Origin: Alphaproteobacteria bacterium
GTDB lineage: Bacteria > Pseudomonadota > Alphaproteobacteria > Bin95
Reading direction: 5' to 3'
Length of the DNA: 64,000 nucleotides
Assembly (NCBI GenBank): GCA_965205265.1
Contig: CBDBGH010000001.1
Location: forward strand, 96,001-160,000
In this document: piece by piece, positions 55,415-64,000 of the stretch
How the letters are laid out: each line of letters starts with the position of its first letter
Position numbering within the stretch: the stretch's first letter is position 1
Made by a program: the position numbers and the translations under genes
Notes under the pieces: model-generated
Databases searched by the model: none
What the model saw: only the letters and a program-made list of their open reading frames with translations
Told to the model about the DNA's origin: nothing

Positions 55415-56068
55415 ATGAGGATCATGAAAGTCCTGGCGGCGGCGCTGTCACTCTCCGCCTGCGCAATGGCGCAGCCGACCAGCCATGCCGAGTGGCGCGG
55501 GATCGACGGGACCCATCGCCAGCGCCCGAGCTGGCCGCACCCGCCGGTGAACCTGACCCCGGATGGCCATCTGGAACTGTTCCGGGACGCGGTGTTCGTG
55601 CACGACATGTGGGGGTACCCCCCTGTCCAGGTGCAGTTTTACGGACGCGACGGAAGGTACCTCCGGTGCAATACCGACGACGACGGCTACTTCTGGAGGG
55701 AGAACACCTGGAAACCGGTCGTGGAGGCTCGGAGGAACGGGGTGACGCCGCTGCTCCACGCGCCGGGTGGCGGCGCGGAGGGTCACCCGCGGCTGGGCCA
55801 TCTCTACGACGGCCACACCGGCGAGCTGGCGTCGTTCACCGAATGGCGGCGGCGCTGGTGGGACTGGCAGACGGGCCATCTGCAGAGACGGCTGCCGGCG
55901 GCGGTCCGGGATCTCTGCCCGGGGTTCCCGTCGGCGGAGGAACTCGGGATCGGGATCAACCACGCGCAGACCGCCCTGTCCTACGACGAACTGGTGGCGC
56001 AGGATCCCGGCGACAGGATCCTCCGCCCGGACCTCATGGCGCCGGACGCGGTCAGACCCTACGAGTGA
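55415..56068 (+). CDS. Hypothetical lipoprotein
   Basis: AAGGAG RBS, LSLSAC lipobox, Trp-rich body. Confidence 0.65.
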   Translation: MRIMKVLAAALSLSACAMAQPTSHAEWRGIDGTHRQRPSWPHPPVNLTPDGHLELFRDAVFVHDMWGYPPVQVQFYGRDGRYLRCNTDDDGYFWRENTWKPVVEARRNGVTPLLHAPGGGAEGHPRLGHLYDGHTGELASFTEWRRRWWDWQTGHLQRRLPAAVRDLCPGFPSAEELGIGINHAQTALSYDELVAQDPGDRILRPDLMAPDAVRPYE

Positions 56069-56670
56069 CGCTCTCCGCGCTCGCCGCCGCGGCTCTGCTG
56101 GCGGCGGCGGCGGACGCCCGGGATGTCGTGACGCAGGCCACCCCGTCCGACGCGGCGCGGTGGCTCGCGGCGTACGGTGCCCTGATGCGCCTGCACAGCG
56201 GACGGCAGGTCCGCCTCGCCGGCGGCGCCGACCTCGTTCCCTACGCCCCGCTTTCGGCGGTGTGGGCGGTCGCTAAGGGAAGACCGGAATCGCCGGTCGT
56301 CTCGGCGGGGGCCATCCGCGTCGGAGGGACGGATGACGTGCCGACCATCACCGTCGAATGGGAGGACGGATCGTCGACCGGCCTCGCATGGCCTGAACCT
56401 CCACCGGAGGTCGTCCATGTCGGGGCCGTGCATCCGGTCGCCCTGTTCCATGACCGCCTGCTGGCGCTGCCGCTGGGACGGGACATCGGCGGAATTCCGG
56501 CCGGTGGCCGCTTCGCCGTCGACGGAACGGTGATCCTCCCCGGCGGGAAGCTCTCCGTTCCGCTGCGCTGGTCGAGCTTCGGGGACATGATCGTGGTCAC
56601 CGGTGCCGACGGAACGCGGCGGTCGCTGCCATGGACCGAGGTCGACAGGGCGCTCGGAGGTACGGGATGA
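56065..56670 (+). CDS. Hypothetical exported protein
   Basis: GTGA overlap with the previous stop; signal peptide VTLSALAAAALLAAAADA. Confidence 0.55.
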   Translation: MTLSALAAAALLAAAADARDVVTQATPSDAARWLAAYGALMRLHSGRQVRLAGGADLVPYAPLSAVWAVAKGRPESPVVSAGAIRVGGTDDVPTITVEWEDGSSTGLAWPEPPPEVVHVGAVHPVALFHDRLLALPLGRDIGGIPAGGRFAVDGTVILPGGKLSVPLRWSSFGDMIVVTGADGTRRSLPWTEVDRALGGTG

Positions 56671-56747
56671 CGGGTGTGGGCGTTCCGTTCGGGGGAAAAG
56701 CCGCCGCCAGCGGAGCGTCGGCGCGCGCCGTTCCGGTCCAGGTGTCC

Positions 56748-57107
56748 CTAGCCGAGATACTGGACGGCGGCGATGATGCCCGCCAGAACGGTCATCCAGA
56801 CGCCGAGACGCACAGTGACGGTGTTCGCCAGCGCGGCGATCTCCGTCCGGATTTCGGCTGCGACCCTGTCGATTTTCGCGTCCAGTCGGACCATTTCCTC
56901 CCGCAGCCCGGCGATGCTTCCGTCGAGGCGGTTCGCCTCCTGCGTGATCCGGGCATCGAGCGTGTTCCGCACCCGCTCGAGGTCGAAGGCTGTGGCGGCG
57001 GCGGGGCTGGCCGTCTCGACAACCGTCCCGCCGGTCCCGCGCTCCATCCCTTCGGTGGCGCTGCGGTCACGGGCCCTGTGGTTTTCAGTTTGGGCGACGT
57101 CAGCCAT
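56748..57107 (-). CDS. Coiled-coil protein with a C-terminal membrane anchor (DUF1640/CCDC90-like), antisense to the pil operon
   Basis: GAAGGA upstream; heptad LDARITQE..LREEMVRLDAKIDRV; TVRLGVWMTVLAGIIAAVQYLG. Confidence 0.6.
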   Translation of the reverse strand: MADVAQTENHRARDRSATEGMERGTGGTVVETASPAAATAFDLERVRNTLDARITQEANRLDGSIAGLREEMVRLDAKIDRVAAEIRTEIAALANTVTVRLGVWMTVLAGIIAAVQYLG

Positions 57108-57188
57108 GGTTCGGATTCCTTCACTGCGCACTATAGCCCATTCCGGCTCGGAGACGCAAGCCCCGTCCGCCGCGGATCCGGCCCGGTC

Positions 57189-57968
57189 GTGGTGGCCCTT
57201 GCGGCCGCCATGGCGCTATCGGCGGCCGCCGTGCATGCCCAGGGCATCGCCACACTCGGGCAGGAGGACGGCTTCCGTGCGCGTCTCGGTGACTGCCCGG
57301 TCGAGCAGCTCCGCGCGGCGTGGGGAGGGATGTCGACCCTGGAGGCCGCCGCCGTCGAGGCGGAGGTCCTGCGCCTGTGCACCGAGCGGGCGGAGGCGAT
57401 CAACCGTTTCATCCGTTCGCAGGACGAGCTCGACGTCGCGATCGGGGGTCTCGTGGCCAGACAGGCCACAGCCAAGGCACCCCCCGCCGCCAGCGACATC
57501 CTGGCCAACCCACCGGTTGACCCGGACCCGGACCGGGCGGGTGATCGGATGCCCGCCAGGTCCCCGGATTTCCCGCCCCCCGCCGCCGACGGCGTCACCA
57601 TGGCCGCCCCTCCCCCTGACCGGGGAACCCCCGTCTGGCTGGTCAGCTACACCGTGCAGGCGGGAGGCGGGCCGTGGCTCGCGATGCTCCGGGGAGAGAC
57701 CTGCCGCACCATCACACTGCCACCCGCCGAACCCGGCGCTCCGGCGGAAGTCCGGACGCTGTGCGATCCCACCCACGGACTTTACGGCGTCGGTGACCCG
57801 CTTCCCGACGGCTGGCGGGTCGGGAGGATCTCGGCGGAGTCGGTCGATCTGCGGCCGCCGGAGGGGCAGGGCGATGGCATGGAGCGCATCTCCTGGAGCC
57901 GGCCGGGGGACGGCAGCAGGGCCGCCGAGGTGACGTGGAACGCGGTGCCGGAGGAAGTGTGGCAATGA
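57189..57968 (+). CDS. PilP-like pilus assembly protein; start uncertain (frame open from 56667)
   Basis: Signal peptide, helical segment, Pro linker, VGDPLPDGWRVGRISAESV beta-domain. Confidence 0.55.
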   Translation: MVALAAAMALSAAAVHAQGIATLGQEDGFRARLGDCPVEQLRAAWGGMSTLEAAAVEAEVLRLCTERAEAINRFIRSQDELDVAIGGLVARQATAKAPPAASDILANPPVDPDPDRAGDRMPARSPDFPPPAADGVTMAAPPPDRGTPVWLVSYTVQAGGGPWLAMLRGETCRTITLPPAEPGAPAEVRTLCDPTHGLYGVGDPLPDGWRVGRISAESVDLRPPEGQGDGMERISWSRPGDGSRAAEVTWNAVPEEVWQ

Positions 57969-59614
57969 GGGCCGCGGACCGGCGGCCGACCCCGATGCTG
58001 AAGCTGTTCGGGGCGCTGGCGCGGCGTATGGCCGGCGGACGCCGCGTCCAGCCGCCGTCGAACGACCGGGGCGTCCTGCTTGTCGGAAGCGAACGGTTCA
58101 GGGAGGCCTGCGCGCTGACCATCGACGGGGTCCACCACATCGTGCCCGAATACAACCTGCCCGGGCTCTGGCTGGAGATGGCGGAGATCGGCGAGCGCTA
58201 CGAGCTGCCGGACTTCAAGGGCTACGCCCCGGCCACCCTTGCCGGCATCGCCGCCATGTACGGGCGCGACAGTTCCGGCAGGATCGCGACCGCCACAGGG
58301 CTCACCGACGGCGCCCGGCGCATGATGAGGGTCATCGACGAGGCGGCCGGGCTGCGGGCGAGCGACATCAAGATCTATGTCCGGGCCAGCCACGCCGACC
58401 TTCGCCTGAAGCTCGGCCACGCGGAACACAGCCATGGGGCCCAGTGGCAGGTCGGGGAGGCCATGGAGGCCATCGCGTGGCTCTACGACCGCAGGGACTT
58501 CGGTGACGGCGCGAGCGCGCAGCAGCTCGGGCGGCATCAGGGATTCTCGATCGGCGCGGAGCGGCGCGTGCCGCTGCCGAGGTCCGTCGCGGCCCTGCGC
58601 GGGCAGCGCGGCTTCCACGGCGAGGGCCGGGACTTCATGGCCCTTCGCCTGATCTATCGGGAGGAGGACTGCGACGCGGGACGCATCGAGGATCTGGGCT
58701 TCGACGATGACGTCCTTGAGCAGCTCGCCGTCGAGCGCGCCAGTGACACCGGCCTTGTCATCATCGGCGGATCGACGGGCGACGGCAAGTCCACCACCCT
58801 GGTCCGGGAACTCGAGAGGCTCTACCAGGAGCGGCAGGGGCGTGTCTCCATCGTCACGATCGAGGATCCGGTCGAGTATCCGGTGGCCGGTGCCGGAATC
58901 CTGCAGATTCCCGTGCCGGTGTCGGCGGCGGGGGGGCAGAGGACGGCGGCCTTCTCCGAGACGCTCCGCTGCTTCGTCCGGATCAACCCGGACATCGGAA
59001 TGGTGTCGGAGGTCCGGTCGGCCGACGACGCCCGCGAGATCCTGCAGTTCGTGATCTCCGGCCACAAGATATTCACCACGGTCCACTCCTTCAGCGCGAA
59101 CGCGGTGCTGTTCAGGCTGGTCTCGCTCGGCGTGGATCCGAAGGAACTGGCCGAGCCGGGTGTCGTCAACCTCGTCATGCGCCAGCGCCTCGTTCCCGTC
59201 CTGTGCCCCGGATGTGCCCGCCCGGCCGAAGGCGAGGCGCGCGAGAGCGTCGCCCAATGGACGGGCAATCCGTTCGGCCGCCCGATGGTCCGCCGCCGCG
59301 AGGGCTGCTCCGACTGCCTTGCGGGAAGGGCCAGCGAGACCGCCCGGGCCGCCTGGGGCGGGCTGTCGCGGAAGAGGGCGGTCGCCGAATTCATCAGGCC
59401 CGACGACCGCTACCGCGCCCTTGTCGAGGCCCGCGACCCGCGCGGCGCCTTCGCCTACTGGCTCACGCCGGAGTCCGACGGTGGTCTGGGCGGGCGTACG
59501 GTCGACGACCGCGTCCGGGACATGGTCGCCCGGGGGGAGGTCGATTTCGAGGCGGTGACGCATACCCACCTTTCCCGCCGGTCCGGCCCCTCCAGCGGGA
59601 GGGCGGCGGCATGA
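57965..59614 (+). CDS. pilQ: Type IV pilus assembly ATPase, PilQ/BfpD-like (GspE family)
   Basis: ASDIKI, GSTGDGKSTT, TIEDPVEY, NPDIGMVSEVR, SGHKIFTTVH, CPGC/CSDC. Confidence 0.88.
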   Translation: MRAADRRPTPMLKLFGALARRMAGGRRVQPPSNDRGVLLVGSERFREACALTIDGVHHIVPEYNLPGLWLEMAEIGERYELPDFKGYAPATLAGIAAMYGRDSSGRIATATGLTDGARRMMRVIDEAAGLRASDIKIYVRASHADLRLKLGHAEHSHGAQWQVGEAMEAIAWLYDRRDFGDGASAQQLGRHQGFSIGAERRVPLPRSVAALRGQRGFHGEGRDFMALRLIYREEDCDAGRIEDLGFDDDVLEQLAVERASDTGLVIIGGSTGDGKSTTLVRELERLYQERQGRVSIVTIEDPVEYPVAGAGILQIPVPVSAAGGQRTAAFSETLRCFVRINPDIGMVSEVRSADDAREILQFVISGHKIFTTVHSFSANAVLFRLVSLGVDPKELAEPGVVNLVMRQRLVPVLCPGCARPAEGEARESVAQWTGNPFGRPMVRRREGCSDCLAGRASETARAAWGGLSRKRAVAEFIRPDDRYRALVEARDPRGAFAYWLTPESDGGLGGRTVDDRVRDMVARGEVDFEAVTHTHLSRRSGPSSGRAAA

Positions 59615-60786
59615 GCCGCCCGGTCACCTCCCTCCCCGCGCGGGCCGCCGCGGTGATCGAAGGTCTCCGCCGGATCGACGCGGCGCTCGGGTCGGCGCTG
59701 CGGGGAGCGGCCAGAGAGCCCGGCGCACCGCTCCATGGCCCGGCCCGTCTCTGGCGCAGGATCAGGTTCCCGAAGCGGGTCAGGGCCGAGACCTGGCAGA
59801 TTCTCGCCGATGCCATGGCCGGAGGCTCCGACGCGGGCCGGATGATCGAGGCGCTCGCCGAGGGCTACCGGCTCTCCGGGCAGGGAGCGGTCGCCGATGT
59901 GCTCCTTGAGATACGGGTGGGGATCGGCGAGGCGCGGCTGTCCGAGCGGATGGAGCCGTATGTCGGCACGGCCGAGCGGCTGGTGTTCGAGGGTTTCGGC
60001 GCCCATGATCCGGCCAGGATTTGCGCCAGCGCGGCCCGGGTCCTCCGCATGGAACTGGCGTTCCGGAAAGCCGTGGGCGCCGCCGTGGCCCTTCCGGCCG
60101 TGCTGCTCGCGGGCCTGCTCGGCCTGTTCTACTTCTTCGGCCTCCAGCTGCTTCCCGCGCTGGAGGAACTGGTGGACTTCGACCTGCTGCCCGGCTTTCC
60201 GGGCGCCGTCGTCGGCCTGGCGCTCGGGTTCGCCGAGCGACCGCTCGTTCCCGCGTTCGCCGTGGCGGGCGTCGTGGCGGCGGTCGCCCTGCTGATGCGG
60301 TACTGGACAGGGTTCGGCCGGCGGGTCGCTGACCGGTTCCCGCCGTTCTCGATGCAGCGGCTGCAGGCCGGGGCGGGCTTCCTGTTCGCCGTCACCGAAT
60401 ACGGCAGGTCCGGGCAGGCTGTCACGACCCGGGTGCTGGAGCGCATGGCGGCGGAGGCGCCGCCCTACGCGGCCTCCAGGATCCGCGCCCTTGCGGCGGA
60501 GTTCGTTCCGGCCGGCAGCAACCTCGGCGCCGCGGCGCTTCGGGCAGGGCAGGGGTTCCCGGCCGTCGAGCTCATGGCGGTGCTCCGGGCGCTGTGGAAC
60601 GAACCTGACGGGATCCAGCGCTGCGGCGGTTTCATCGAGCGGTGGATGGAGCGCGTCGAGACGACGGTGCGGGCCCGTATGGCGGTCCTCAACGGCGTTC
60701 TGCTGACGGCCGTCGCCGTCGCCCTTCTCGCCCTCATGTCGATCGCCCTGCCGATCGTCGACCAGATCAGCCGGGGGACCCTCTGA
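59611..60786 (+). CDS. pilR: Inner-membrane platform protein, PilR/BfpE-like (GspF family)
   Basis: Three TM segments, GFGRRVADRFPPFS, G..FP motif; follows the ATPase. Confidence 0.75.
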   Translation: MSRPVTSLPARAAAVIEGLRRIDAALGSALRGAAREPGAPLHGPARLWRRIRFPKRVRAETWQILADAMAGGSDAGRMIEALAEGYRLSGQGAVADVLLEIRVGIGEARLSERMEPYVGTAERLVFEGFGAHDPARICASAARVLRMELAFRKAVGAAVALPAVLLAGLLGLFYFFGLQLLPALEELVDFDLLPGFPGAVVGLALGFAERPLVPAFAVAGVVAAVALLMRYWTGFGRRVADRFPPFSMQRLQAGAGFLFAVTEYGRSGQAVTTRVLERMAAEAPPYAASRIRALAAEFVPAGSNLGAAALRAGQGFPAVELMAVLRALWNEPDGIQRCGGFIERWMERVETTVRARMAVLNGVLLTAVAVALLALMSIALPIVDQISRGTL

Positions 60787-60825
60787 TGGGCCGCCCGCAG
60801 CCTAAACCGGAAAGGGAGTCTTTCA

Positions 60826-61452
60826 ATGCCTACACCCATCCTTAACCGCCTTGGCCGCGCGAGGGTCTCCGTCGTCCGCCTCCCCGGCCGTCCGTCACAC
60901 CCCGCCCGGCTTCCCCGGCGGGCCCGTCGCGGTCTCATCAACGTGCTGCTGACGGTCGCGGTCATCGCCGCCGCGATGATCGGCATCCTCGCCATATACA
61001 ACCAGGTGAACACCTCGATATCGACCAGCTCGGTCCAGAACCTGGTGACCACGATGGAGGCCGAGATCCGGCGGGCCTACGCCAGCGCTCCGCAGTACAC
61101 CGGCGACATCGACGAGTTCATCGAGGCCTCCCTGCCGTCCTCGGCCCTCAACGGCGAAGGCGCCGACCGCGAGATCGTCACGCCGTGGGGCGGCGCTGTC
61201 CAGGCTGGCGGCGGCACCACGCCCGGCACCGACACTGACAGCCCCAACAGGTTCTGGATCCTTGTGGCGGGCCTGCCGGAGCGGGCCTGCGAATCGCTGG
61301 CGAACGCGTTTCTCGACCTGAGCTCGGTCCAGGCGATCCAGACGGGCACCGGCCGGCGCGGCAACCTCGCCGCCCGGACCGATTCCGACGAGATCTCGGA
61401 CGGATGTGCCGCTGCGGACAACAACCGTGTCGCGGTCATCTTCAGGGGCTGA
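60826..61452 (+). CDS. pilS: Type IVb major prepilin, PilS-like
   Basis: Long basic leader ending RRG, hydrophobic helix, IVTPWGGAV, GLPERACESLA and a second Cys. Confidence 0.75.
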   Translation: MPTPILNRLGRARVSVVRLPGRPSHPARLPRRARRGLINVLLTVAVIAAAMIGILAIYNQVNTSISTSSVQNLVTTMEAEIRRAYASAPQYTGDIDEFIEASLPSSALNGEGADREIVTPWGGAVQAGGGTTPGTDTDSPNRFWILVAGLPERACESLANAFLDLSSVQAIQTGTGRRGNLAARTDSDEISDGCAAADNNRVAVIFRG

Positions 61453-61457
61453 TACGG

Positions 61458-62111
61458 ATGCGCCGCCCCTGCGCCTGTCCGACGGCCGTGCGGGCCTCCC
61501 GCGCGCGGAGGGGCCTGGCGGCGCTGTCGGCGGTGGCGATGGTCACCGTCATCGCCGCGCTGGCGGTGGTGACCCTGCAGGTCCGGGAAGGCCGCGGCCG
61601 CATGGAGGGCCGGGCGTTCCTGGTCGCCGATGTCGCCGCCGCCGAGGGCCGGGCGCTGCATCACTGGCTCCATCAGGCGCAGGCCGGAGCGGCGTTCGCC
61701 CTGCCGGCGACCGGGTCGGCACGGCGGCTTTCCCCCGCCGAAACGGCAGCGGCGGAGGCCGATCCCTCCGGCGCTCCCTGGCGGACGCCTCCGCGTGGCT
61801 GGACAGCCATCCGGCTGGTCGCGACACCCTCCGGGCAGGGAGGGCCGGAACGCGCGTTCGGAATACTCGTTCTCCGGCCCGCCGCGCGGGTCACCGACCC
61901 TCAGCGGACCAAGGCCGTCTCGCGGCTGCGGGAAGCGGTGGACGGGGGCGCGGCCGCGCTGGCCGCGACGGTGCCTGGACTGGCGTTCAACGACGCCCGC
62001 GACATCGCGGTCTTCGCGCATCCCTTCTGGCAGCTGGACACCGGGTGGATCCTCAGGGAGCCGCGGTCGGGCCACCCGCCAGAGGCCATGGTCACCCGGG
62101 GCGTTCCGTGA
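61458..62111 (+). CDS. Minor pilin-like protein
   Basis: RARRG-LAALSAVAMVTVIAALAVV class III signal-like start. Confidence 0.55.
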   Translation: MRRPCACPTAVRASRARRGLAALSAVAMVTVIAALAVVTLQVREGRGRMEGRAFLVADVAAAEGRALHHWLHQAQAGAAFALPATGSARRLSPAETAAAEADPSGAPWRTPPRGWTAIRLVATPSGQGGPERAFGILVLRPAARVTDPQRTKAVSRLREAVDGGAAALAATVPGLAFNDARDIAVFAHPFWQLDTGWILREPRSGHPPEAMVTRGVP

Positions 62112-63016
62112 GCCGCGCCGTCCGCCGCTCCCGCCGGGGTCTGGGCCTCGCCGAGGCGCTCCTTGCGGTCGCCGCGCTCACCGCGGCGGCATACTGGGGA
62201 ACCGGGGTGCTCGGGGAAATGGCCGCCCGGCACCTTCTGGGGCGGGAGGCGCGCGCCGTCTCCGCCGCCGCGCTGGCCACCCGGCTGTGGGTCGAGGGCG
62301 ATCCGGCGGCCAGGGCCCCGACGGGCCCCGCGCCAGTCGCGGTCACATTCGCGCAGCTGCGGACGGAGGGGCTCTGGGGCGTGGCCACGCCGGAGACCAC
62401 ACCGGGACGGCGGCGCGACATGACCATCTGGCTCTGGCGCCAGTCGGCGGCGCGGACGCTGGTGTTCGTCCGCGCCAGGGGAGAGGCGGCGAACATACCT
62501 CCGGGCATTCCCGGGGCTTCCGACAGTGCCGCCGCGGTCGGCGTGATTCCCGATGTGGCCGGTGAGACGGCCATCCGGGGGGCCGACGTTCTCTTCGACA
62601 CGACCGATGTCGTTTCGGCGCCCGCGGGCTGGGCCGGGCGGGGAGACATGTTCGCGATCGAATCGGTCCGGACGGATCCAGCGGGCTGCACCCCGTTCCT
62701 GCACCGCGAGCCGGTCCCCGGCTGCGCCGTCGCCAACACGATGGCGGCGGATTTCACGGTCGCCGGCGACTTCAGTTCCGACGGCGACCTCACGGTGGGC
62801 GGCGACGCGGGTGTCACCGGGGCGCTTGACGTCGCCGGTGGACTTACGGTCGACGGGGGGCTCCTTTCGACGTCGGCCAGCGAGGCCGTCGAGGTCCTGG
62901 CCAGCATGTCCGTCGGCCAGAACCTTGACGTGGCCGGCAGCCTCGTCGTCAGCGGCAGCATCACCGCGGCCAGCGTCTCGGCCGGTGGGTCGGTCGTCTG
63001 CACGGGTGGGGGCTAG
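62108..63016 (+). CDS. Minor pilin/adhesin, PilV-like
   Basis: RSRRG-LGLAEALLAV with Glu+5; FLHR..VPG...NTM motif; repetitive L.V.G C-terminus. Confidence 0.65.
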   Translation: MSRAVRRSRRGLGLAEALLAVAALTAAAYWGTGVLGEMAARHLLGREARAVSAAALATRLWVEGDPAARAPTGPAPVAVTFAQLRTEGLWGVATPETTPGRRRDMTIWLWRQSAARTLVFVRARGEAANIPPGIPGASDSAAAVGVIPDVAGETAIRGADVLFDTTDVVSAPAGWAGRGDMFAIESVRTDPAGCTPFLHREPVPGCAVANTMAADFTVAGDFSSDGDLTVGGDAGVTGALDVAGGLTVDGGLLSTSASEAVEVLASMSVGQNLDVAGSLVVSGSITAASVSAGGSVVCTGGG

Positions 63017-63018
63017 CC

Positions 63019-63426
63019 GTGGCCGCGCGTCTCGCCATCGTTTCCCTTGCGGCGTTCGCCGCGCTGGCAGTCCCGGCGGCGGGAGACCGCCATGGTGCTC
63101 CCGTCGCCGGGGGAGGTTCGGTTGGGGCGTCGGAGGCGGGCCAGCGGGACGGGGTCGGGCCGGAGACCCGGAGGCTGGGCAGGGAGATCGCCCGGCTCAG
63201 GCGCGAGATCGCCGATCTCGAGCGTCTTGCGGTCTGGCAGCGTGAGCTGCTCAGGGCGGCGAAGAGCGATCCGCCGGCGGCGATGCGCCAGAGGCGTCCC
63301 ATGGCGGACTGCCTTTCCTCGGCGTTCGCGCCGGTCTGCGACAGGCTCACGGCGATGTTCGCCCCGCCGGAACGGCCGCCGGTGATGGAAGGCCGGACGC
63401 CGGGTCTGGAGGCGGGACCGAGATGA
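63019..63426 (+). CDS. Hypothetical exported coiled-coil protein
   Basis: Signal peptide, heptad repeat, Cys pair. Confidence 0.5.
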   Translation: MAARLAIVSLAAFAALAVPAAGDRHGAPVAGGGSVGASEAGQRDGVGPETRRLGREIARLRREIADLERLAVWQRELLRAAKSDPPAAMRQRRPMADCLSSAFAPVCDRLTAMFAPPERPPVMEGRTPGLEAGPR

Positions 63427-64000
63427 CCGGACAGGTGGCCTTCCTCCTCGCCGCGGCTGTGGCGCTCTGCGCGGTGGCCCTCTCCATGGCGTCCATGGCG
63501 GCCGTCGCGTGCCGGGACATGCGGAGTTTCGAGATCGATCCCGACCCGCTTCTGGCCGCCACCCTTGCGGCCCTCGCGGCCGTCGCGGCGGCCGAGGGTC
63601 TCCACGGCCTGCCCGATTCGCTGCTTGCCGCCTCGGTCGGATGGGCCGCGGTCCGGGTTGTGGCCCGCCTGCTGCCCGGACGGATCGGACAGGGCGATGT
63701 ATGGCTCTTCGCCGCCATGGGAGCCATCGCGGGAACCGGACTGCTGCCACTGCTTCTGGCCCTGTTCGCCGTCTTCGCGGTGGCTGCCGCCGCGGCGTAC
63801 AGCTGGATGCGGGGCCGGAGGATGTTCCGCTCGATGGTTCCCGCGGCGCTGCCCGGAATGGCCGCCGCCGCCATCGTCCTGGCGCTGCGTGTCGGCGAGC
63901 CGCTCGTCCGGGGTGTCCCGCGCGACGCGGGGACCGCCCTGGCCGGCCCGAACGCCGTCTCCGTGCTGCTGCTGCTGACGGCATGGACCGTCGCGGCCCG
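63423..64000 (+). CDS. Prepilin peptidase (A24, PilU-like), runs off the window
   Basis: ATGA overlap; multi-TM; RDMRSFEI and IGQGDVWLF aspartate motifs. Confidence 0.75.
   Translation, partial: MTGQVAFLLAAAVALCAVALSMASMAAVACRDMRSFEIDPDPLLAATLAALAAVAAAEGLHGLPDSLLAASVGWAAVRVVARLLPGRIGQGDVWLFAAMGAIAGTGLLPLLLALFAVFAVAAAAAYSWMRGRRMFRSMVPAALPGMAAAAIVLALRVGEPLVRGVPRDAGTALAGPNAVSVLLLLTAWTVAA

Noticed and set aside
53908-56670. Single 920-aa protein from the ORF track
   Set aside because: The middle part is an off-frame reading of the lipoprotein gene at 55415-56068; RBS and overlap signals support three genes.
62108-64000. Shufflon at the PilV-like gene
   Set aside because: No inverted sfx-like repeats, alternative C-termini or rci recombinase visible in the window.

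Overview
GC-rich alphaproteobacterial mobile/accessory DNA, most likely a RepC-type plasmid or an integrated plasmid. The left ~48 kb is a partly decayed defence and surface-protein island. It holds five restriction-modification-type loci (NgoMIV-like C5 MTase plus HNH, an N6/N4 MTase pseudogene, a Dam-like MTase plus NotI-family REase carried inside an IS1595, a complete type I hsdMSR, and an MTase-HNH fusion preceded by a 19-copy octamer repeat). It also holds many toxin-antitoxin modules, two paralogous AAA ATPases, an RTX protein, three surface lipoproteins with TbpB-like barrels, a FIC fusion protein, three 1469-bp IS110 copies and a decayed IS4-like element. The right ~16 kb holds a stand-alone repC and a type IVb (R64 pil-like) pilus operon that runs off the window. 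Two signals stand out. First, the three IS110 copies have readable bridge-RNA guide segments that differ between copies and partly track each copy's own insertion site. Second, a ~265-aa C-terminal domain I do not recognise is shared by a FIC protein and an unrelated ORF, resembling the FIC-BID logic of secreted effectors. All calls come from motif recognition by eye; no database searches were run. No rRNA, tRNA or CRISPR array was seen.
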